From Botryllus schlosseri (taxonomy: Eukaryota): a stretch of DNA of 64,000 nucleotides. The translations under genes were made by a program, and so were the position numbers. Within the stretch, counting starts at the first letter, position 1; each line of letters begins with the position of its first letter. The DNA lies in contig CM119375.1 in the NCBI GenBank assembly GCA_051294905.1, positions 26,040,001 to 26,104,000 of the forward strand, read 5' to 3'. Below the pieces are notes generated by a model. It did no database searches. It had not been told where the DNA came from and saw only the letters and a list, made by a program, of their open reading frames with translations. This document shows positions 43,501 through 55,500 of this stretch, piece after piece.

Positions 43501-46500
43501 GAAATGTAACCGTACACCAGCACATCTTCAGTCATAATTTCGAATATCAGCTTGAAATTTATCCTTTCTTTTTGTGTTACGGGCCGATGTCTCCTTTCCG
43601 AATTAATATGACTCCCTCTCGTTCAATTTCATTTGTTGACTTGATGTGACACATTCGTATGATGAGACTGGTGTTGATCACAACTAAACTCTGTAACATC
43701 AGAAGCCTCGGTGTGAGATAGTGATGAGAGGCCTTGTTCCAGGTAAGAGGTATCTGGAATCGAAGCATGGAGTCGGCTCAACCAGGGAAGAAACACAGAG
43801 ACTGTACGATCAGCATTTGGAATTTGAGCTGCAAGCAAGAGTAAGCTTCCAATATTTTTATCAATACTAGAAATATGGATGTGTTACTACCTCTAATTAC
43901 TCATCTTATGTTTAAAGGTGACCTAAGTTTGGCAAATGTGAGGGTTAATTTGTGTCCGTCCTCTTTCTTAATATTATAATGTTTGTGGCGAAAAGAATCC
44001 TACTATACCACAAATAAAATCAATATTGTGCATGTACGTACATATAAGATGCATTTTGATGTAACATGATATAAGTGTGTCTTATACTTCTGTAATCATT
44101 GCGGCCTGAGAACTCCCAAGGTGTCTCAATTGGTATACAATATCCCCAACTTGTTTCTTATTGAACCGAATCGGCAAAATAAAAACCAAGTCTCTGCCTG
44201 GACACTCATTGACTTTATTGCACTATGTCATTTTCAATTGCATAGCTAAAACATATCTGCTAATTGATATGATGCTCTGTGGAATTATGTAGGATTATGT
44301 AGACTTATTCTTGGACAACCGTTTTCGACACAATATTCCAAGAATAGTTCATCAAAAATCTTATTAAGGTCATGCCACAGGATATTTTTTTGTCAATTCC
44401 AAGTCGTTGAATTGGCAAGGCCCAGGGGCTTCAAACTTTATAACTCGTGGACTTAACATAATGTGCAAGTTATTAGCGACATAACATTTTGCATTCGTCA
44501 TATAAATAAGATACATATGTTGTCCTACTATCATATAATTGTCATCTAGCTGCATGGTTTGTGTTGCATTCGGAGTGATAATCTGTCGTTATTTCACTGA
44601 GGCACAGCAGTACTGTTATGTTCTGTGGCCTGATTGCGTTATGCATATTTGCTTACCTGCCCGCACATTATTTTTAGGAAAGAAACAGAAACGCCAAAGT
44701 TTTGCAAGAATTCGCGACGATTTTTATCGAACAAGGAAATCCGTACGCGAAGCAATTAAAAGAATTAGCGAAAGCCGTTGACGTGAGGTACGTCGAATTC
44801 AGTGACCTTATATATTCTGTCATTGATAACTGCACATCATCAATTTTCTACTTGGTAAATTTTTTCAAACGTATTACTTATGGTATGGAGTTGAACGTGG
44901 TTGTCAAAACACCTTGGAAGCATCCCATCATCACTGCGTGCGTGAATAGCTTTCGATCAGGGGTGTCAAATTCAACATGGGTCAAAACTTTGAATCGCTC
45001 GAGGTCCAGACCAGACTAATGATACCAAATTGTTATCTCCAGATATATACCTCTTGTTTTCACTTGAATACTACGTTATCAACCTATATTCATAGTATAT
45101 TGTTTTGTATTACAATAATTGCTGCTCTATTCCATTGGCTCTAACAACAATATGGGTGGCATATGTCTACGCTATCTTTGTTCTATTGGTAATGTGACGT
45201 TAGACCTGTGTATGCGTATGGGGAGAACTAGTTATTGTACTGGGAATCTGGGCATTGGGATTTGTTATTATTAGTTCACCGTTAGGGTTTCTCTGGAGGA
45301 CCTTTTGGAGTCTGAGGTTTTACATTAGTGCGACCTCAGATATTTGAGTTATATCCTTTGTGTAACTATCATATTCTGCAGGTAACCTGCCTATAACAGT
45401 GCCTATCACCGCGTTTGACATTTGCTGTGTTGAGGGATTATGTAATGGAAGTATTTCTTACTAAAAATCTGAACTTTTGTTAGAAATGTGCCGGATAATT
45501 GAGATATTTTTCAATATACTCATAATTGCTTCGCGGCAGGATGAAATGTCTGGCCTACCGGATGTTTGACGACTCTGATTTTTAGATCATTGGTTTTTAA
45601 TCTCTGCTAATCTGGTGGACCCTTACGCTGATCGCCAACCCTTTGGCAAACCCAATATTTGTTCTTAGTCACAAAAAAATATACCACATTACACATATAA
45701 TAGTTGCTATAGAACACTGGTGCACAAAATGCACTGCATCAACCGCAGTATTCAAAGAACAAAACCAGCATGATTTTTACACAAAACAAAACAATGATAA
45801 TGAATATTTCCTGCATATTCAGTGTGACTTTCAGGTGTATGTCGTGACCTCCAGGAAACCCCTGAAACGATGTCAACGAATGCCCCAGGTTGAAGAACCA
45901 CTGATTTAGATACATGGTATGGATGTAAATATGAGTTTGAGAAATAGGAGAGTTGCTCAATTCCTATGTTAAGTATTATGAAAGGTCTGCTATTTTTGAG
46001 ACTCTGTCATGCCAAACTGTTGACAACCTCGTACGGCCACCCTGAGTCATGCTTTACGGTTCTTTGTGCTTGATGTAAGTGCCGGTTAGCAAGCAAAATC
46101 TTTCTGTGGCTTTGTAATTGGGTGGCCGATGTTACTCTCGGCAGATACACGGACTTTCTACAAAAGCTGCAGAGATATCAACGCCAATTGGAAGACGCCC
46201 TTGGCATGGGGTCGTCGCAAGCCAAGACGGAAAATCAAGAACAGAGATTAAGCGGAATTTCCGGTAATAGTTGTGTTTTTAAATTTTTGGTATTTTTTTT
46301 CAATTTACTGTTCTTGAAAAAAATTTCATTTTATATTTATATATTTTATCGACTTTGCCAATCTGAGTTCCGTGTTTACAGCAGGATCTTCCGGATATTT
46401 GTCCGGTTCGAGTATATCCGTGACGTCGCAATCGGCGATAAGCGTCCAGTCCCAGCCGCTGGTTAGTAATGTGTCGTCTCATGCAGAACGGCCTTTGACC

Positions 46501-49500
46501 CAGCTGGACGAAGAAAGGCAGAGGCTGCAACGCAGACGGGAGCATATCATGACGGAATTACTACAGACGGAAAGAATGTGAGATTTGCTTACTCTGTTAT
46601 GTGTCAGTTGGTTGTTTACCAAATTTCGAGGAATTCAGTATTCAGACTCCTGTCTCACTCTTATTCCTCTCCCTGTATAATTGTCGGCGGTGTAGCCAGG
46701 ATTGGTCAACATTTCAACAGAATTGTTGCTTTTGCAATTTCAGTAATCAAATTTTTAGTTTAGTTGTGCTTATTTTTGTGTATTTCAATGTATTTTCTCA
46801 TAGGTATGTAGGGAAAATTAGAACAATTACATTAGTCAAAATAATCAAGCTTCTTGTTTCTATCCCGGTATTGTTCCAATACAACCAGATTTCATCGAAT
46901 TTGAAATTTCTACGAAATTGTACTATTCTCCTTTTTTGGCAATAAACGTTATATTATTTTGTGTCTGAACAATTTTTTGCCGATAGTTATATGGAAAATA
47001 TTAGAGCAGTATCAGTTTTTGAAGAATCAAAACTCACGGTATCATTTCTAATTTGATTATGCGTATCGTGGCAGTGTAACCAGATTTGGTCTTGTTGAAA
47101 ATTTCAACAAGTGTTTTGCAATTTTACTTATCAGATATTTCGGTAATCAGTTCTATATACCTTTGTGCCTTTGACTTTGGGCCTATTTGCTTCCACCGCA
47201 ACAACATAGCTTAAGCTTCTATAATTTTGCCAGCCATAGCATAGGGTTGTATGATTATGCTGCAACTCGTAGCAATTCAAAATTGAAGATAGCAACATCA
47301 GTCGTCTGAATTTCTCAATCAAAGTTGCTGTTTCTTACTGCTGGTCCACTGGTCCATGATGGCTCATTTTATGGTTTTGGGAGGTTTCATGACCTCTGAA
47401 ATAACACTGATAAGTTTTTAATGCCATCCGTTCAAGTCATACCTAAAAGCAATATGGTCTCTACCTAGTTATCTGGCTGGTGCGTACCGAGAAAAACTGT
47501 ATCAGGGAAATCAGCAAGCTTGTTTTCATTTACAGTTATGTAAAAGACTTGGCGGATTGTATTCGGTATTACTTGGACGAAATGCGGACGGGCAGATCGG
47601 ATATTCCTGTCGGCATCCGCGGAAAAGAACACATCATTTTCAGTAACATTGAGAATTTATATCAGTTTCACAGGTAATCTTTCAGGGATTCTCTTCATTT
47701 GAAAACCGTTCATACACTTTTGTTGCTTTGGTACAAAGTTCATTAAGGATATTTTTACGGACTTGACATGACATTATTTGAAGTGACGCCAGCTGCTTGG
47801 AGTGGATTGTGTAATAGCGATGAAACTCTTTTACTTGAATGAATGACAGATAAAACGTGGTTGATATGAAAGATTGCATAGTCACGGATGTCTTTTCTTT
47901 ACACAATCATCCAAAATACCTTTGTATATTTACTGATAATCAATCTCATTCTCAAGCAAAGAAACCCATCAGTAGTTTTAATAATCTTTTCGTTTCCTCA
48001 TTCCATGGTTGGTAGAGCGAAAGTATTCATCATCTGGGTTGGTCTGTGGAGGCGTCTTGTTAGAGTATATCTACAGGAATAATATAGCATTTGAGGTGGT
48101 TGGTTAACGATATTAGGAGGTACTAATACTTGATAAATGTACTGGAAACATACGTTAGGGTTGTTCTAAAATAACTTTTATGGCGGGTAACTCAATGATT
48201 GAATTGTTAGGTTGCTTATAAAAAACGCTGCACACCAAATTTGGTTCGATTATAACTGGTAGATGTGAATGCGCAGGACTTCGAAAATTTTTAATTTATT
48301 ATAAAAAAATCCAATTCTACTGTAAACCCCATGAAATATTTGACTGATTTGTCTACAAAAATTTGGCAAAACAAATTCCAACACGTAGAAGCAAAGTTAT
48401 CTGAGTTTTTCATTAATAATTTGGGAACAACTATTTGTTCAGGCTATTTTTGCGAATCTAAAACACTGCAGTAACTTTGCTTCCAGAATCCAGAAAAAAA
48501 GTTATTTTTGAATAACCCTAAAATGCAACATTGTACAATGTCGATCCGTACGATAACACGTTTCACATTTATTTCTACTCGTAATTTGAATACCTGACGG
48601 CAATGCCATCATTTGCAGCGAGGTGTTTTTGAAAGAATTGGAAAAGTACGAACAGCTCCCCGAAGATTTGGGGCACTGCTTTGTGACGTGGGCTCAGGAT
48701 TTCAATATGTACGTGACTTTCTGCAAGAACAAGCCAGATTCACAGCAGGTATGCTCGCTGTAGTTGGTTTTACATTTCATTGATTTTCCCGTGGATATAA
48801 ATTGTAAATATGTGAGACAGCCTTTGCGCTCCTTCGTTAAAATGTGTCTGAGGTACAATTGTCCTGCTTGGCCTACTTGTAAAAATTTTTCAACGAACAA
48901 AATACAAATGCTGTTGTAATAACGTGCATAATGGTAACTACATTATGTATGTGTGATCGTGATCCTGGGATAGGTCGCAACTCCATTAAAAAACTATGCA
49001 ACCAACCAATGCACTGTTCCCGATGAACTGACCTTTTGGATCATTTCCGATTTAATGTTTAGAACTTTTTGAGGATATGTGTCATCAGGTAGGTATATAC
49101 ACACATGCATACACAATATGTATACGGCCGTAAACCAAACTTTACGCTGATTGGTCGAGAGACAGTGGCCATGGATACGGCGCAGCAACGGAGGACGCTG
49201 CATTTAGCTACGCCTAGTTGGCACTACGATGTATTCCTATAGCCGTGTAGACTGCATAAAAACGACAAGATTACAGTTAAATGTTTATTTCTTCATCAAT
49301 AATAAAATTAGGAAAGGATATTAAATATTTTGTAACGTATACTAAAATATAATGCCGAAATACTGCTGTGTTTATAAATGCAGTGCCACCAATGGCAATG
49401 AACTGGGGAAGAACAGATTTTTCCATTCATTTCCTTCCAATGCAGAGGTCAGGAAGGCTTGGGAATGCAGAGTAAGAAGGCAGGATTTCAAGCCTACTTC

Positions 49501-52500
49501 CACAAGCTTCATTTGCTCCTCATCGACGACCTCACTGCAGTTGCAGTGACTTAAAAAGCCCAGAAATCACAGTGAGCCGAGCTACAAGTCGGCAGCTAAA
49601 GACCCGATGAATCGCGAGCCGATGCATGAGAGAGTGGAAAGAATGTCAAAGACAAGAAAATATGCATTGATCAGTTCAAATACTGTCATGTCGTGGAGCA
49701 CAAAGCCTTAAACAGGCTAAAAGCACCACTGCTGTGTCCAATTATAATAATAATGATAATAATTTGCTCCTACTACTTTTGCAAGGAAGATTTTGCTGCC
49801 AGTGCATTTTAGATACACCAATACAGTCACGTCTAAAGAGAGTTGCGATTCCCAGTCGCAATCTCCGTGGTGAAGCAGAAGATATGCGCATTGCAAAGAG
49901 GCGGACCCTGAACTCCATGCCGTGTCAACTGTCTTCCTCCAATGTTGTGGATGCTGCACAAGCAAATCTTACATTGTCATCTGGTGATCCTGATCTTGAA
50001 TCGCCATCGTGTAGCCTTGAAAGGGAATCTTCAAATCCATCACCTGAATCTTAGGGTTAGAAGCCAACGAAGTCAGTCATATGCAGATTAGCTACCTAAG
50101 CCCACAGGACATCAGAACAGAGAGGATGTGCGGAATGGGGTAAATACATCGGGCTCTTCGACTCACAAGTAGCAATTTTGGTAGGGTTTTGGACTGCTTT
50201 GAGGGGAACAAGACAGCAGGTACTACATATTCAACATCTCTTTTCAAATCACTTCAATGACAGTACAGTATGAACAGGTATTCAATATTGTGGGGGTTAT
50301 TGCATGAAGAAAGGGCCATTCAAGACTACTAAGCATCACTCATGTGAATGTAGCAAAGATTGGTCATGTTCTTTTTCCATATGGATATCTGGGTGCTTCA
50401 CATGATAGAGTGATTCTAGCTGAGCAGACCTCATCTGCACTGGTGTGCTTGAGGTATTGTAACAGCACATGCGATGAGTTCATGAAATTTGGACTTGGGC
50501 AGAAATCACGGAAAAAGAGTTTTTATTTGACTGCTGCTAGATAATTAGCCTACATCACTCTTATTGGCATCAAATTCAGGCCCAAATGTATGCCAAAAAT
50601 AGTCCTGCGTTCTTATACTCTGCCTTCCCAAGCCTATCTGTCCTTTGCGTTGAAAGAAAATGAATGGAAAGATCTGTTCGTCCCCAGTTCATTGCCATTG
50701 GTGGCACTGCATTCATTAACACAGTAGTATTTCGGCATTATATTTCAGTATATGTTATTAAATATTTTATTTCCTTTACTAATTTTATTACTGATGAAGA
50801 AATAAACATTTAACTGTAATCTTGTCGTTTTTACACAGTCAACACGGCTATAGGAATACATCGTAGTGCCGACTATAGGTTGAGGTAAATGCAGCGTCCT
50901 CCGTTGCTGCGCCGTATCCATGGCCATAGTCTCTCGACCAATCAGCGTAAAGTTTGGTCACCAGATGTTCTCGCATTCCATTTTTAGCCTTGGCGCACTT
51001 ATGGGACTTTTCTACTTATTTTATTAATATTTTGGTCAGCGGAGGCGGTGCATTTGATGAATAGGCATTCAGTTCGTTTTTTTTTAAATGTAAGATTATG
51101 ATTAGTGCACACCAAAGTCACGATTTTGCTTTCAATCTCGTTTCTTACCATAGTTGAAGTGGCAATTTTGGTGTCATTGGCATGAATCAGGTAACAGATT
51201 GTGCGAAAGCATAATGATGCGTTTTTATGGTTTGTGTTTTTTTGACAAATATTATCATAGAATAGTCGTCTTCTAATGGATCTTTAACCTCCTAATGGCC
51301 TCGGAACTGAGATTTCAGATGAGATAAAACAGCAAGGCAGTGTGACCTACTCAGATATACAGATCAATGTGTCGCTGGGTAGACAAATCTGAGATGATTG
51401 TATATGATTATGTGGCTCTGATTATATGGACAATGTCTCTCAGGTCCTTGTATTATGGAGGGTTGGGGTATAATATGTACAAAAGGTCAGGTTGGATGCT
51501 TTATCCTATTCAGACAGCGTTGTCAGGTCGGAATTATGTTTTCTGTTCCATACAATCTTCCTTCATTTCACTGTTGCTGGGGGGGTTAAGTTCATATTTG
51601 AAAGTTCAGAAGTGCCGAGTCAGCACTGTTTGTGTGAGATTCGCACTACTTAGGTCACACGGTATTTCTACTCATGATTTACGAGCCAAAGCACGTAGAC
51701 GGCTGATGGCATGTTTGGGTTTTGCCTAAACGCAGGGAATCCCGACAACACGTTTCTGCCGTAAGGTATGACACACAAAGGTCTTTTGTAATCGCTACTA
51801 GTTGTTGACTGACAGCCCTAAAGAGTGTCAGCCGAATATGTCCGGGTTTGAATATAATATGCAATTTAACATTTTCTTGGGATTCAAGGAAGCCCGCCCG
51901 TAATAAATTAAATATTTGTATTTTTCAGACTATTTAACCCGCTCAATTCTGTTCAGCTTTTAATCGAACAGTCCGGCGGTTTCTTTGACCAAATCCAGGC
52001 TTCCGCCGCTCTCTCCAACTCGATATCTTCGTACCTGATCAAGCCTGTGCAGCGTATCACAAAGTACCAGCTGCTGTTGAAAGAGCTGCTGGCGTGCTGC
52101 AAGGACGGTCCTGGCGAGATCAAAGACGGTCTGGAAGTGATGGTGACCATACCGAGAAAGGCAAACGACGCACTGCACGTCAGTTTGATCGAAGGCTTTG
52201 ACGAGGATATCACGCTGATGGGGGATATCGTACTGCAGGACGTGTTTCAGGTAAGGTGTCGGCCAGAGGTCGTCAATGGGACTGTTCGAAAATAATTTTT
52301 TACTGGCTACTTCATAAAATTGTTAGCTTGCCTAAAGAATGCTACACACCAATTTTATCTTAATTTCAACCTATAGAAGCATTGCTATTAATGCTATATA
52401 AGGAAAAGGTTTAGGATTTATTTATTAAAAATGATACAAATTTTTCAAATTTTACTGGTTACCGCTTGAAATGTCACAAAATTTCGGATTTGACAAAATA

Positions 52501-55500
52501 GTACCAGTATTGTTCAATTTTATTTATTATATATCTACCCACCGTAAATACTATGATTTGAAATCCTAAATTTTGAACATCAAGAACTTCTCTTCAGCGG
52601 GTTGGCATTGAGCCAAATTTACAGTGCATGGATTTTGTAGACAACCTAACAATCTCATTGCAAATAAGATTTGAAAAATGTCTATATTTATTTTTATTGA
52701 ATAATCCAAAACTTTTTTCTTATATAGCAACGCTTCTACAGGCTAGAACTGATGCCTGAATTTTTTTTAGGTAACCTTACAATTTAATCAGTAGCCAGTA
52801 TAATTTGATAAAAGAAGTTTTTTTTTAACCTCCCTAGAATAGCCCTATTGAGTATAGCTGAATAGTCACACAAATTTTCAGCAATTTTCACCCCAGAGTA
52901 TCGTTATAATTCGTGGTGGATTTTGGTATTGGACTATTTAACAATAGGCAAGGCCTGGTCTAGCAGAACATTTCCTGATGTCTGTACGTTGATTCAGGTC
53001 TCCGACACGAAACAGCTGATTCGTAAGGGTCGTGATCGCAACATCTTCCTTTTCGAACACGGCTTGCTGGTCTGCAAAGAAGCAAAAGACAACGGCGGCA
53101 AAAGCAAATATCAGTTCAAAGTCAAATTCCCTGTGAGTATGGACCGAGATTAGTTATCAGATTATGATACAGTCATTCTCTGCAAATTAAAATAGTTGTT
53201 TCACATGTATGTCAAACTTGGGAATTTCCGTCCTGTCTTTTGTAGGATAGTATAAAAGATAAGAAAGTACAGTTTAACTGACTGATTTTTGTTACATGCT
53301 TGCATAATAGATAAAATACCACAGAATTATAGGGAATGTAGGAGTCATTTTGACTGATTGTAATAAGATTGCCTAATTTGGCAGTAATATTGCACTGGTG
53401 CCAGTGCCACCCACAAATTGAGAAGCATTAAAGTTATATTCATATAAATGATTGTCAGTTAGTGTCGTTTCGAAAATGGTTACAGAAAATCTATTGTTAA
53501 TTACCTCGTGATGTCATTAAGTGATGATCTGCAAAAAGACAGTTATTTTGTTACACAAGAGATAAAGTAAAGCTCGTGAATTCTTCAGATTGCTGGCATA
53601 GTACTTGCTGGTATTTGATGGTTGCACAGCGTTTATACTTTTGGCCTGTAACTTTATGACGTTAACTTGCTGATTATGATGGAAAGCAAGCATTTCTATG
53701 TACATGTGGTCATCACTCATCATATTTTAATCGGTTACTGCTTTTTCACACCCATTTTAGTTCTGATCACGGTAGGATGTCTTCCGGCATTATCAGTTTA
53801 GTTTATCTGTTTATGTGAGCACTTGCAGCCAAATGTCAACAATTTTTCCGTGTCATTTTTTCGTTGCTTTCTGCTCGACATATGTGTCCTTTTGTTATGA
53901 TTGCATTTTGTTCATAATGAAAAATGTGTGATAACAAACAGAAAAGTTAATTTTTTTGACACTTCAGACCTCACTGACTGATGAATTCAGATTGCAAAAA
54001 CGTGTTTTTGAAGATTTATCCTCACCAAATCCATCCGGGAATTGTAATCATCCTGCGAACACCTTGCTTATTGTTCAGGCGACCGAATTAGGAGTCACCG
54101 ACGCTATCGAGGGCGGCGAACAGTGCAAGTTTATGGTGTGGGGCGGTAAAGCGAGTGACGGAAAATTTACCCTGAAAGCTAGCACGTCGGAAAATAAGGA
54201 GGTGGGTCCTCGTTGAATTGCATTAGTATTGACATCACCAGTCCCAGAAATGTCTCCTGTCCATGGAATCCACTCAAGTTTTGTTGCAAACCCTATTAGG
54301 GTCCAAGACCAGCCTTTGCGGGTGGCTGCTGTTTCGATCCTGGATAGTGGGTACGAGAAACATTTCATGACAGCTCAAGGGACAAGAGCGCTAAAAGGTT
54401 CAAGAAACGCTGGTCTAGTGATTGGCATATTCGTAGCGCTCAGCCCTGTAAATATGCAGGATGTAGTAATTTGAGTAACGAAATTCCAAGTCTAACAGTA
54501 ATTGAAATGTCAGATTCGTGTATAGAATCGGTTTCTAGTAAATTCGAGACTTGGTGAATTGGAATATCGATTACTGTTATGAATGCATCAATGATTATGA
54601 GCGTGTTGAATTCGGCTTTCACTGAGGGCAGAAGTTATCTAAACTGAAATTCTTGTTAAGAATAGATCTCTTGCCAGATGGCAAGCGCTGTATAATTTCA
54701 GCACTCGCTACTAATTGTAATTAACACTAAATTCTGATTTGAGTACTCATCTGTTTCTATGTAATAATAAAAAACTGGAGTCTACTTTATCTCGTTTCGT
54801 AATCTGTAGGAACTCTACTTTCCGGCATCAACGGCTTAAGTCGGCCATGCTCCATATTTTCTTTTTGCAACAGGACTGGGTTCGGAAGATCCGCGAAGTC
54901 ATTCACGAGGCTCGCCTGCACATGAAAGAAACCTTGCAGTTGAAAGCTGGACCCACGTTTAGAAATTCACAAAGGTCTAAAAGGTAACGCTACCGTGCCT
55001 TTACACTGTCGATGACATATTTTTTATATCTTTCAAGTTTGCAAGCCAGATAATATTGAAAACTGATGATAGTATGCCGCTTCAATGTACAATTGAATAG
55101 TACATTCAATAGACCTTTTCATTTGTACTTCCGCTTCGAGCAGTTTTGACATGTATCGCTACCTCAACTGACAAATGAATAGAGATGTAATGAGTTACTT
55201 TCTCTTCAACTTGAGTGGCAACAATGACTGCTTTGACCCCTTCTGACGTCGTGTGTTTGTATTCAGAGCGAGCGGCGCTACTATGCTGGACGACGACAAA
55301 TTCAGCGAAACTAGCAGCGGCGGACAGCCGGCCGATTCCGTGTCTCTCTATTCCAGAACTTCGCAAAATACGGAATGCGATCGGGTGAGTGCTCACTGCT
55401 CAGTTTATCGGGACTTGCAAACATGGTTTAGCATTGACGTAATGTCAACGTCACAATATCTGTGCTTGGCTTACCTGATTCATACAGTCGTATCTGATGG

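Larger units (their letters stand above)
49134..50958. mobile_element. Decayed THAP-domain DNA transposon with about 355-bp inverted arms
   Basis: 49134-49490 is the diverged reverse complement of 50601-50958; both arms carry the start of a THAP ORF (MPKYCC / MPKYYC); outer termini and TSD not resolved. Confidence 0.8.
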
